Shown: positions 1-9,267 of the stretch, in pieces
How positions within the stretch are numbered: position 1 is the stretch's first letter
How the letters are laid out: each line of letters starts with the position of its first letter
Origin: an uncultured Chloroflexia bacterium
Lineage (GTDB): Bacteria; Chloroflexota; Anaerolineae; Promineifilales; Promineifilaceae
Assembly: GCA_963807975.1 (NCBI GenBank)
Contig: CAWEDV010000001.1
Coordinates: forward strand, 2,326,508-2,390,507
Length of the DNA: 64,000 nt
Direction: 5' to 3'
Notes under the pieces: model-generated
The model's database searches: none
What the model was told of the DNA's origin: nothing
Seen by the model: only the letters and a program-made list of their open reading frames with translations
Translations under genes and position numbers: made by a program

Positions 1-1745
1 ACCTGCACCTCGCCGCTGCCGACCATGTAGAAATGGTCCACCGCCTCCCCCTGGCGTAGAATGACTTCGCCCGGTGCAAAGCGCGCGCGCTGCAAATCAT
101 GAGTCGCCTGAAGCATCTGCGGGTGATCCAGAGAAGGCAGCGTGCCAGCCACGATCGGATCGATGATCTCTCCGTCGGAGATGATCACCGTGCGGTCCAC
201 GCGGCTGGTCAGCGACGGGTCATGGGTCACAATCAGGATCGTCTTGCCCTGTGCCGCCAGTTCACGGAAAACGCGGATCACCACATCCGCCGAACGGGAG
301 TCCAGATTGCCCGTCGGTTCGTCGGCGACGATGATCGGTGGGTCCGTCGCCAGCGAACGGGCGATAGCCGCCGCCTGCTGCTGCCCGTTAGAGACATTGG
401 AAGGCAGATCATAAGCATGATCCGCCAGGCCTACCATTTTCAACAGTTCCATGGCCCGATCCGGCCGTTCCGCATAAGGGTAGACATTGCAGTAATCCAT
501 GGGCAAGATCGTATTTTCCAGCAGGCTCAACGTGGGCAGTAGTTGGAAAAACTGGAAGACGATGCCCACATTATGCCCGCGCCACAGCGCCCGCTTGCTT
601 TCCGTCATGCTGTAGATATCTTCATCCCCAATGCACACTTGGCCTGAGGTCGGATGGTCAATGCCCGTCAGCATATTGAGTAGCGTCGACTTGCCGCTGC
701 CTGACTTACCCACAAGGGCCACAAACTGCCCATATTCAATTTCCAGATCCACGCCCTTCAGCGCCGTGAAGCTGCCCGCGGCGTTAACATAGGTCTTGAC
801 CACATCCTGCAGGAGGATCGCCGGTTTCGACTGGTCATGTGTCGCTTCCAGTTTTAAATTGGCCAGCAAAGGAGAGCCGTCATCCCCACCGTCCGGCATA
901 ACCACCTCCCCATCCGTAGGAGCGTTTCGCGAAGCGCCCTTACCCGAAGCCCCCTTAACGAAAGCGCCCCTACCCGAAGCGCCCCTTCCACCTAATGATT
1001 CAACCAGTTCACCATCAGAAATCAACAACCTGCGCGTAAAACGGGAGGCCAGGTCCATATCATGGGTGACCATAATCACCGTCTTCCCCTGCTCCACCAG
1101 CTTGGCGAAAATATTGAAGATCGTATCCGCCGTCACCGAATCCAGGCTGCCCGTCGGCTCGTCGGCCACGATTAACGGGGGATCATTGACCAGCGCCCGC
1201 GCGATAGCCACGCGCTGTTTCTGCCCTCCTGAAATGTGGGCCGGCAGCTTATTCGCATGCTCGCTTAACTCCACAATATCCAGCAGTCTTAACGCCTCCT
1301 CCTGGCTGGGGCCTGGCTGGAAGCGTCCCGCAAATTCCTGCGGCAGCATGATATTGTTGACCAGGTTGAGCTGCGGCATCAATTCAAAAGATTGGTAGAC
1401 GATGCCCATATTTTCCCCGCGCCAGACGGCCAGTTCATCCTGGCTCATCTTGCCGATGGAAAGCGGCTGCCCATTACCATTCTGGCTTGCCTTGTCCGGA
1501 GCGAAATAAAGCGCTTCCCCGGAGCTGATTTCGCTCACGCCCGAGATCATATTCAGCAAAGTCGTCTTGCCCGCACCCGACTTGCCCACAATACCTAGAA
1601 ACTCACCCGCCTGGACATCCATACTGATATCCTTCAAAGCCACAAAATCCCCCGATCCCGTTTCATACACCTTGCCCACACCACGCAGGCTGATAATCGG
1701 CGCTTTCTCCATCAGCGTTTCATTCCCTTCTACGTCAATATTCAT
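1..1745 (-). CDS. ABC transporter ATP-binding protein with two tandem nucleotide-binding domains and a C-terminal cyclic-nucleotide-binding-like domain; partial, runs off the window start
   Basis: Minus-strand translation from an ATG whose reverse complement sits at 1743-1745. It gives Walker A (GKSGAGKTTLLNM), an LSGGQKQRVAIARAL signature and Walker B DEPT. A second ATPase domain follows in frame (VALVGKSGSGKSTLLNMLTGI ... ADEPTGNLDS), then a motif FAPGEVILRQGEAVDHFYMVGSGEVQV typical of a cNMP-binding fold. The ORF track lists no complete minus-strand ORF here, consistent with no in-frame stop down to position 1. The inter-domain linker is a GAS/GRG-rich repeat. Confidence 0.75.
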   Translation of the reverse strand, partial: MNIDVEGNETLMEKAPIISLRGVGKVYETGSGDFVALKDISMDVQAGEFLGIVGKSGAGKTTLLNMISGVSEISSGEALYFAPDKASQNGNGQPLSIGKMSQDELAVWRGENMGIVYQSFELMPQLNLVNNIMLPQEFAGRFQPGPSQEEALRLLDIVELSEHANKLPAHISGGQKQRVAIARALVNDPPLIVADEPTGSLDSVTADTIFNIFAKLVEQGKTVIMVTHDMDLASRFTRRLLISDGELVESLGGRGASGRGAFVKGASGKGASRNAPTDGEVVMPDGGDDGSPLLANLKLEATHDQSKPAILLQDVVKTYVNAAGSFTALKGVDLEIEYGQFVALVGKSGSGKSTLLNMLTGIDHPTSGQVCIGDEDIYSMTESKRALWRGHNVGIVFQFFQLLPTLSLLENTILPMDYCNVYPYAERPDRAMELLKMVGLADHAYDLPSNVSNGQQQAAAIARSLATDPPIIVADEPTGNLDSRSADVVIRVFRELAAQGKTILIVTHDPSLTSRVDRTVIISDGEIIDPIVAGTLPSLDHPQMLQATHDLQRARFAPGEVILRQGEAVDHFYMVGSGEVQ

Positions 1746-1972
1746 AGCCAATCACTTTACATCAAGAAACCCGGTCATCCTAGAAAACCACATAGATTCC
1801 CGGCTATTTATAATCTAATCGCCCCCACCCCATCAATACCCACCTCCGCGAACCTCCGCGTCTTCCTCTCTACGGCCCTCTGCGTAACCCGTTCGCTAAC
1901 TCCGCAATCATCCGCTCTCGTCCGCGTCCCATTCCATCCATTAACGGCTCTTCAGTAGTCAGCATCTTCTTA

Positions 1973-2075
1973 TGATCTGTCATTCCTCTTCTGATCTGTC
2001 ATTCCTGCACAGGGAGGGATCCATCTTCGCACTCATGGGAATAGGCGCCCGCCTACGCGCGTGATAGGCTGTGAG
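1973..2075. repeat. REP-like dispersed repeat, copy 1; hairpin core GTCATTCCTGCACAGGGAGGGATCCAT with the 5' arm duplicated
   Basis: About 70 bp alignable with copies at 11158-11253 and 17300-17365. Core is an 8-bp inverted repeat ATTCCTGC/GCAGGAAT. Confidence 0.7.
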
Positions 2076-2196
2076 CGACTACAGAAAATTCTGATCCATT
2101 AGCAAAACTTGATTTACGCCACACAATAGGGCATAATTATGCCACACAGTGTGGCACATTATTACTTAACTGTCAACGCTTTCTAAGGTTATCCAG

Positions 2197-2235
2197 CTGT
2201 CATCCCTGCGCAGGCAGGTATCCACACTGACAGTA
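2197..2235. repeat. REP-like repeat, short copy 2 (hairpin core only: GTCATCCCTGCGCAGGCAGGTATCCAC), immediately upstream of the TetR gene
   Basis: Matches the core of the repeat family. Lies 10-45 bp upstream of the ATG at 2244. Confidence 0.6.
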
Positions 2236-2243
2236 CAAGATTT

Positions 2244-2831
2244 ATGAACAAAGAAGACAAACGCGTCATCCGTACCCGAACCCATCTGGCCCAGGCTCTC
2301 ATCGAGCTAAGCTGCGCCCAAGGGTATGAAGCTGTCACCGTACAAGAGATCACCGCGCGCGCCGCTGTCAATTATCGTACCTTCTACCGTCATTACGAAA
2401 GCAAAGATGATCTCCTGCAAGACGTGCTGCACAATATCATGTCTGACCTGCGCCAGATCATGCCCCCGCCTACTCCCGACGAGCTCAGCGATCCCCATTT
2501 CGAGCAAATCGCCCGGCGCAAAGGGCGCACCCTCTACGAGTTCGTCGCCCAGAACAGCGCCATCTTCCGCGTCCTATTACAGAGCGGCCCCGCGGCCCTG
2601 CTGCCCATCCAGGAGCTAGCCCAGGCCCAGACCGAACAATTTTTCATCGGCCTGCCGATGGGCGATATTCCCCACCAACTAATCGCCAACCATATGATCA
2701 ACTCTACCTTCTCCTTCATCCAATGGTGGCTGGACAGCGACATGGCCCATACCCCGGCCCAGATGGGCGCCTACGCCGCGCGCCTGATCATGCTGCCCAT
2801 CCGCGGCCTGCTCCTGGAGAACGACGCATGA
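2244..2831 (+). CDS. TetR/AcrR family transcriptional regulator
   Basis: N-terminal helix-turn-helix RTRTHLAQALIELSCAQGYEAVTVQEITARAAVNYRTFYRHYESKDDLL. ATG start, 195 aa. Confidence 0.85.
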   Translation: MNKEDKRVIRTRTHLAQALIELSCAQGYEAVTVQEITARAAVNYRTFYRHYESKDDLLQDVLHNIMSDLRQIMPPPTPDELSDPHFEQIARRKGRTLYEFVAQNSAIFRVLLQSGPAALLPIQELAQAQTEQFFIGLPMGDIPHQLIANHMINSTFSFIQWWLDSDMAHTPAQMGAYAARLIMLPIRGLLLENDA

Positions 2832-3508
2832 ACGAATTTCAAGTAACAATAACCGATATCGAAGAACTACTCACCCTTTACATGCACAGCGAACGCTTCA
2901 GCGACGGCAGCTGGGCCCACTTCCTGCAAACCGGCCGTCTCACCGCCATCCTCCACCGCCAAGCTATCCACACCAAGCTCTAGCCAAATAGCCTTATATC
3001 CAGAGAACGTCCCCTATCGAGAAGGCCAAACAAGTCGCCAAAGTCCTGATTCTGCCCTTCCAAACCGCCACCTGCCCACTTTATTATTATTGAACCATTC
3101 AATCACCAAACCCATCAGGTTGTTTCGCGCAGAAAAAAAACAACTGAATCAACGGGACAACTCGACCAGTTCTCAGTTCTCAGTTCTCGGTTAAAACGAT
3201 GTCGTTTCCCGCAAAATAACAGAAACGACATCATCGTCAAACAACATCGCCTCTAAATCACAGGCAGCGAGTGCATATCACAAAAACAGGTATCTGCAGA
3301 AATAAACTGAACAATATTTTTTGCTTAGCAAATACTCCTTTTGTATGCAGTTTTACATGAAAGCTCACTTGACATGCTATCATTCAAGTAGTAAGTGGCC
3401 CAGGCTGCTTGGTTTAAGCCGCTTGACCGCCCAACCGAATTCGACCATAACCGGCAAAACGAACCGTAAGACAATCTATCAGCTCTGAGCGGCAATAATT
3501 TATATACT

Positions 3509-3985
3509 ATGATGCCATCCAAAACCGAAGCCAATTGGGCCAAGTGCCTTGACGCTTCCACCGCCAAAGTCGAGTCGTGGCTGTCCGCACTACCAGACGA
3601 ACAGTGGCATAACCCGATCGCCAGCAACTGGACCGTCAAAGACCTGATCGGCCACCTGGCCGCCTGGTCAAATCTTCTCCTCGATCAAATCGAAGCCCTA
3701 GCCCAAGGAAACCCGGAAAAGATCGCCCAAGTCGACATTGATAGTTGGAATGCCGCCCAGATCGCACGGCGCAGCAGTTGGTCCACGGCCAAGATCCGCG
3801 CCGAATGGCAGCAGTCAAACCAGCGTGCGCAAGAGCTGCTGGCCCAAATACCCGCCGTAACATGCTCTCAACCCTGGCAGGTCGCCTGGGCAGAGGAACC
3901 AATCACCATCAACGACCTATTGGATCTGCTGCTGCTGCATCTAGAGCAACATCAAGGATCGTGGCAGCCAAAAAACGTGATATGA
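3509..3985 (+). CDS. DinB/ClbS-like four-helix-bundle protein (DinB_2/DUF1706-like)
   Basis: Motif WTVKDLIGHLAAWSNLL ... DLLDLLLLHLEQH. 158 aa; ATG preceded by TATACT. Confidence 0.55.
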   Translation: MMPSKTEANWAKCLDASTAKVESWLSALPDEQWHNPIASNWTVKDLIGHLAAWSNLLLDQIEALAQGNPEKIAQVDIDSWNAAQIARRSSWSTAKIRAEWQQSNQRAQELLAQIPAVTCSQPWQVAWAEEPITINDLLDLLLLHLEQHQGSWQPKNVI

Positions 3986-4030
3986 TTACAACCTTTCCAC
4001 AGATATCATCAAGGATGACAAGGAGTAACT

Positions 4031-5143
4031 ATGGGCGCTTGTATCAATGAAAATCTCAGCCGCTTTGGCGGTTTAGCCGTTGGGCATGAAGATGAACAGA
4101 AACAGTATTTCCAGCAGAAACGGCTCTATGCCCTGCAAATTGAAACCACCGATGCTTGTCACCAGGGCTGTATCTATTGCTATGCCGGGTCTACCCCGCA
4201 AGAACAAAACGGGCTAACCTCGCCGGAAATCCGCAGCTTGCTCGATGACGCCGCTGCCCTGGAAATTCGGGCCGTGGACTGGTTGGGCGGCGACCCCCTC
4301 GTCCGGCCCGATTGGTATGAACTACTGCAGTATGCGCGGTCACTGGGCATCATCAACAATATCTGGACCAGCGGGCTCCCTTTGCGCAATAAGCAGATCG
4401 CGCAGCAAGTCTACGAGGTAACAGAAGGGGGCTTCGTCTCCGTCCATGTCGACTCCATCACCCCCGAGATCTATTCCCTATTGCATCGCGGCGGCAATCC
4501 GCACTTTATCGACGCCATCATCGAAGGGGTGGACAATATGCTCGCTCTGGGCAAATCCCCCGACAAAATGATCAACTGCATCGCCTACACCAGCCGCCAG
4601 GGCCCCGAAGACGCCATCCGCACCATGCGCTACTGGTTCGAAGAAAAAGGGCTGCGCACCTGCCTGACCATGTTCAACCCCTCCGGAATGGGCGCCGAAT
4701 GGAAAGCGCTTGAGCCTGATCTCGCGGAAACACAGCGCGTCTACGCCGCCCGCGACCAGATCAACTACGAAGATGACACTATCTCCATCGCCGCCATGGA
4801 TACCGATAAATATTACTGCGGCAGCATGGCCACAGTGACATTCACCGGCGATGTGACCCCGTGCTCAGTCATCCGCGAGGGTGTAGGCAATATCCGCACC
4901 ACACCTTTTCGGCAGATTATTGCCGAGCACAGCAATACCCTGGTACATGCCGATTTGCATGATACATGTAATTTACCCGCACCCTGCAGCCTATGCGCCA
5001 ATAACGATCATTGCTGGGGCTGCCGCGCCAGTGCCTACCATTACAACGGCGATGCCGATGGTCTGGATCCAAAATGCTGGTTAATCCAGACCAACTGGGA
5101 TAAGGAACTGCAGCTGCCGGTGCTCAATAACATCCGTCACTAG
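4031..5143 (+). CDS. Radical SAM protein with C-terminal SPASM domain (peptide/cofactor maturase-like)
   Basis: CHQGCIYC (CxxxCxxC) cluster near the N-terminus. Cys-rich C-terminus CGSMATV...CSLCANNDHCWGCRASAY typical of SPASM. Good RBS AAGGAG. Confidence 0.8.
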   Translation: MGACINENLSRFGGLAVGHEDEQKQYFQQKRLYALQIETTDACHQGCIYCYAGSTPQEQNGLTSPEIRSLLDDAAALEIRAVDWLGGDPLVRPDWYELLQYARSLGIINNIWTSGLPLRNKQIAQQVYEVTEGGFVSVHVDSITPEIYSLLHRGGNPHFIDAIIEGVDNMLALGKSPDKMINCIAYTSRQGPEDAIRTMRYWFEEKGLRTCLTMFNPSGMGAEWKALEPDLAETQRVYAARDQINYEDDTISIAAMDTDKYYCGSMATVTFTGDVTPCSVIREGVGNIRTTPFRQIIAEHSNTLVHADLHDTCNLPAPCSLCANNDHCWGCRASAYHYNGDADGLDPKCWLIQTNWDKELQLPVLNNIRH

Positions 5144-5246
5144 TCAATCCATCACCAAACACCTTAGAGGTCTCGCCGTAAAGGTTTCGAAAGTAAAAGG
5201 TTCAAGACCTCTGAGGTGTCGCTATTTTAAACAAATTAAGGGGAAA

Positions 5247-6047
5247 ATGAACACTCAAAAACTCGATGTAGGTATTGAAAACGTTAACGAAGTCTACGAT
5301 GGTCCGGGCGGCATCCTTTGGGAAATGCTCATGGGCGAAGAGATACATGTCGGGGGCACGGCCGAAACCGACATCCTGGCCCACAAAGCCGGAATCAACG
5401 CCCAGAGCCATGTCCTTGACGTCTGCAGCGCCCTCGGTGGGCCGGCGCGCTACCTGGCCCAGAAATATGGCTGCACCATCTCCGGGCTGGACGCCACCCA
5501 GCGTATGCACGCCGAAGCCATCCGCCGCACGGCCGAAGCCGGTCTAAGCGATCAGATCCAATACAAATTGGGCAACGCACTCGACATGCCCTTTCGATCA
5601 GAACAGTTCGATGTCGTTTGGGGACAAGACGCCTGGTGCTACATCACCGACAAAAAACGTCTCATTGAAGAGTGTGCGCGTGTTGCCAAACCGGGGGGCT
5701 TGATTGCCTTCACCGATTGGCTGGAAACTGGCCCCATGAGCGCCGAGGAACGGCGTGCCCTCCTCACTTTTATGGTCTTCCCCTACATGGAAACGCTCGA
5801 TGGCTATGCCGCTCTGGCCCAATCTGCCGGGTTAACCATCGTCGAGAAAGAAGACCTATCCCCGGATTATGCTGAACATATTCAAATGTATCTGGACATG
5901 GTTCAGAATCAATTCAAAGCGGCCATTGTCGATAATTACGGACAAGAAATGTATGCCGCAGTGGAAAGTGGCATTAGCTTATGGCGCGATGCCTCGGCGG
6001 CTGAAAAAGTTGGCCGCGGGCGCCTGATTGTCCGCAAGCCTGCATAA
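5247..6047 (+). CDS. Class I SAM-dependent methyltransferase
   Basis: SAM-binding motif VLDVCSALGGPARYLAQKYGCTISGLD and acidic loop; 266 aa. Confidence 0.8.
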   Translation: MNTQKLDVGIENVNEVYDGPGGILWEMLMGEEIHVGGTAETDILAHKAGINAQSHVLDVCSALGGPARYLAQKYGCTISGLDATQRMHAEAIRRTAEAGLSDQIQYKLGNALDMPFRSEQFDVVWGQDAWCYITDKKRLIEECARVAKPGGLIAFTDWLETGPMSAEERRALLTFMVFPYMETLDGYAALAQSAGLTIVEKEDLSPDYAEHIQMYLDMVQNQFKAAIVDNYGQEMYAAVESGISLWRDASAAEKVGRGRLIVRKPA

Positions 6048-6215
6048 TTACCATATGGATTGAATCTTCTCTTCCTTTTCCCTGCGCCTTCTGCGTCTTC
6101 TCCACGTACTCTGCGTCTTCTGTATCTTCCCCATGTGCTCTGCGTCCTTCCCAAGGCTGCGGAGACGGCCGTTCAGGACTGAGCATACGGGACAAAGTGC
6201 AGCGCGGCCGTTTCT

Positions 6216-6890
6216 TTAATCGTCCACACGGCGCAGCCCCTTGTCCAGGTAAGCGTGCAGCGGGTATTGGGCTTCGAAAATCTTAATCAGCTCATCATGG
6301 AAGCCGGCGCTGGTGACCGCTTCATCACTGAAGCTGCGCAGGGCAGTGAAGCTGGTCAACCTCAGGTATTCGATCGCCGGATGGTCGACGCTCGTACCGC
6401 GCGGAGCCGTCTTCAGGGCCAGACTGCGGTCTATCCCCTGCGGGTAGGCCGCGCGAAACGTAGGGGCCTGCAGAATGGCCTCTAGTTCCTCGTAAGATTC
6501 GGCGATTTCCGCGCGAATCGCCTTTAAGGCTGCAGACGAGGGCTGGTACACGCCGCCGCCGGCAAAGCTTTGGCCCGGTTCGATATGCAAATAGTAGCCA
6601 GGCCGCCCGCCGCCCGGGGAAATATACCCGCCGATGTTTGTCTTCAGCGGTTCCTTGTTCTTGCTGAAGCGCACATCGCGATAAATGCGAAAAACCTTAA
6701 CCGTGGCCGGATCATTAAGGTGGTCGGCGACAGCCTGATCAAAAAAGGCGATCTCTTGGGCAATGTCTTGCAGCTGCGCCTTAAAGGTGCCGTTCATACG
6801 CTTGTACTCCGCCTTGCGCGGATTGAACCATTCCTTATTATTATTTTTTTGCAGCTCGCTGAAGAAGGCAAGTAAACGCGGGTCGATCAT
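6216..6890 (-). CDS. DUF2461 (TIGR02453) family protein
   Basis: MIDPRLLAFFSELQKNNNKEWF ... YRDVRFSKNKEPLKTNIGGYISP pattern; RBS GGAG before ATG. Confidence 0.65.
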   Translation of the reverse strand: MIDPRLLAFFSELQKNNNKEWFNPRKAEYKRMNGTFKAQLQDIAQEIAFFDQAVADHLNDPATVKVFRIYRDVRFSKNKEPLKTNIGGYISPGGGRPGYYLHIEPGQSFAGGGVYQPSSAALKAIRAEIAESYEELEAILQAPTFRAAYPQGIDRSLALKTAPRGTSVDHPAIEYLRLTSFTALRSFSDEAVTSAGFHDELIKIFEAQYPLHAYLDKGLRRVDD

Positions 6891-7030
6891 AATTACTCCT
6901 AGTTGGATCTTTATTGGCGGCGCCCCTATCCGAAATCATGGGCGACATCCGCCGTTTCCATGTCATTAGATCCTGGCTGGCATTCGCGCCAGATCTCATC
7001 CGCCCTTGAGCATAGTATATCGTCCACCAT

Positions 7031-8458
7031 TTGACCATTATTCTAAAGAAGATCGCGAGTGGCGATGAGCAGAATAATACGGCTAGGTCTCTGCTGCCAG
7101 ATGACGCCGTGAGCAAAAACGTTACAATTGATCCCATGAGCGAGAATGAAACAGCGCCGCTGCCCTCTGACCGGCAGTTCATCCCCCGCGCCGAGATGCG
7201 CGACATCGTTGATATCTCCCTATGGGCCGGACAGCTTCAGCTGCAGCACGGCGCCGGCACCGAACGGGCCGAGAACACCATCCACCACCTGGGTACCGGT
7301 TTGGGCTGCGATTGGCTCGATGCTTTCATCTCCCCCAACGCCATCGTCATCACCACCCTCAGTGGGGATGAATTCCGCACCCGCACGCGGCGTCTTGTGC
7401 GCTTTGGCGGAGTGGATTTGAATATCGTCGCCGCCGTCAACGACCTCGCCTACCAGGTAGAGGCGCATACCGCCGATCGCCAGAGAATTCGCGAGGAATT
7501 GGAAGAGATCGACAGCATGCCCAAGCTCTACAACCGCTGGCTGGTCGTCCTTCTGGTCGGCCTCGCCTGCGCCGCCTTCAGTCAGCTATTCGGTGGCGAC
7601 TGGGGCGCATTTGTTCTGACCTGGGCCGCAGCAAGCATCGCCATGCTCGTCCGCCAGGAGTTGACCAGGCGTTACTTCAACCACCTGCTGGTCGTCGTTG
7701 CCACCGCCTTTGTGGCCACCTTCATTGCCGCCCTGGGCGTCATCCTGCAGGTGGGCGACAAACCAGAGATCGCTCTCGCCGCCTGTGTGCTGCTCCTTGT
7801 ACCCGGCGTGCAGCTGATCAATTCCAGCAAAGATCTACTGCAGGGGCATATGGTGACCGGCATCGTGCGCGGCTTCACCGGCGCCCTGATCACCCTGGCC
7901 ATTGCCCTGGGTATCGGCATCGCCATCACTCTCCTGCCTCTGACCTTCGCGGGAACCCAGCTTTCCTTACCCTCCAATCTTTTCGCTGACGCCTTCTGGG
8001 CCGCTGTGGCCGCCGTGGGCTTTGCCGTCTTATTCAATGTGCCCAGGCGCACCTTAATTGGCTGTTCCGCCTGCGGCGCGCTTGGCCACGCCAGCCGCAC
8101 CTTCCTGGTCAACACAGGCTGGTCCGGCGCCAGCCAGATCGTCACCGCCACCCTGATTGGGGCCACGCTAGTAGGCACTTTGGGCTTTCTACTGGCCCGT
8201 CGCTACCAAATGCCCACGATCACCTTCACTGTCAGCGGCGTCATCCCCATGTTCCCCGGCATATTTGCTTATCGAGCCATGCTGGACATCCTGCATATCG
8301 CCGGCATCATCAACATCGGCAAAGTTACTCCCATCGACCTGATTGTCATGCAAGAACTGCTCCCCAATTTGCTGACCACCGCATTTATGTTGGCCGCCCT
8401 GGCCGTGGGCATCGCCGCGCCCACCCTGCTCTTCCGCCGCCGCCAACCAGTCGTATAG
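7031..8458 (+). CDS. Threonine/serine exporter (ThrE) family membrane protein (DUF1212+DUF3815)
   Basis: Soluble N-domain followed by about 10 TM helices. The track ORF starts with TTG at 7031; an alternative ATG is at 7136 (MSENETAPLP). Confidence 0.65.
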   Translation: MTIILKKIASGDEQNNTARSLLPDDAVSKNVTIDPMSENETAPLPSDRQFIPRAEMRDIVDISLWAGQLQLQHGAGTERAENTIHHLGTGLGCDWLDAFISPNAIVITTLSGDEFRTRTRRLVRFGGVDLNIVAAVNDLAYQVEAHTADRQRIREELEEIDSMPKLYNRWLVVLLVGLACAAFSQLFGGDWGAFVLTWAAASIAMLVRQELTRRYFNHLLVVVATAFVATFIAALGVILQVGDKPEIALAACVLLLVPGVQLINSSKDLLQGHMVTGIVRGFTGALITLAIALGIGIAITLLPLTFAGTQLSLPSNLFADAFWAAVAAVGFAVLFNVPRRTLIGCSACGALGHASRTFLVNTGWSGASQIVTATLIGATLVGTLGFLLARRYQMPTITFTVSGVIPMFPGIFAYRAMLDILHIAGIINIGKVTPIDLIVMQELLPNLLTTAFMLAALAVGIAAPTLLFRRRQPVV

Positions 8459-8556
8459 CAGCAGCAAACACTCGTAGCACCGGCTTCCAGCCGGCCACTC
8501 GTCAAACAGCAATATAAGGTGCACAGTCGGCAGTTCTCATTGATAATTAGCGCTAA

Positions 8557-9267
8557 ATGACCTTCCACACCATCGCCTACGACACCATGACTATCGAATA
8601 TGAGCTCATTTTCTCCCAGCGCAAGACGCTGGGCATAACGGTTCATCCCGACGGGCGCGTGGTCGTTCGCGCACCGCGCGGGGCTTCTTCCAAAGAGGTG
8701 GAAAAGGTCGTACACAAGAAGGCGGGCTGGATCAGCAAAAAGCAGCAAGAATTCGAGCAATACCCGCCGCCCCCACCCCCACGCCAATACGTCAGCGGCG
8801 AAAGCCATCTCTACCTGGGCCGCTCTTATCGTTTAAAAGTCGTCGAGGATAAAAGGGAAAAGATCGAACTGCAGGACGGCCGTCTACACCTGCACGTCCG
8901 CGACCAAAACGATCGCGAACGCAAACAAAAGCTGCTCGAAAACTGGTACCGTCGGCAGGCCAAGATCATCTTTCCCGAAAGATTGGCTGCGCTCCACCCC
9001 CACGCCGCCCCATTCGGCATCCCCTTTCCCCCAATGAAGATCCGCAAGATGAAAAGCCGTTGGGGCAGCTGCTCCAGCAAAGGCTCCATCAATCTCAATC
9101 TGCGCCTGATCCAGACCAGCACCCCCTGCATCGACTATGTGATCATGCACGAACTGGCCCACCTCAAAGAACACAATCACGGCCGTAACTACTACGCCCT
9201 TCTCGACCGCCTCATGCCCGACTGGAATAAGCGCCGCGACGAACTGCACCAGTTTCCGGTAGTGTGA
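8557..9267 (+). CDS. YgjP-like (DUF45/M48-fold) metal-dependent hydrolase
   Basis: WGSCSSKGSINLNLRLI...IDYVIMHELAHLKEHNHG (HExxH) motif. Confidence 0.7.
   Translation: MTFHTIAYDTMTIEYELIFSQRKTLGITVHPDGRVVVRAPRGASSKEVEKVVHKKAGWISKKQQEFEQYPPPPPPRQYVSGESHLYLGRSYRLKVVEDKREKIELQDGRLHLHVRDQNDRERKQKLLENWYRRQAKIIFPERLAALHPHAAPFGIPFPPMKIRKMKSRWGSCSSKGSINLNLRLIQTSTPCIDYVIMHELAHLKEHNHGRNYYALLDRLMPDWNKRRDELHQFPVV

Noticed and set aside
99-1818. Several plus-strand ORFs (99-542, 796-1398, 1392-1598, 1567-1818)
   Set aside because: They are antisense frames of the tandem-NBD ABC ATPase gene and have low-complexity, Arg/Pro-rich translations.
3346-3489. 47-codon ORF (MQFYMKAHLTCYHSSSKWPRL...) upstream of the radical SAM cluster as a precursor peptide
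   Set aside because: It has no Shine-Dalgarno sequence and no recognisable leader or core pattern. It is mentioned only as a low-confidence candidate inside the rSAM cluster finding.
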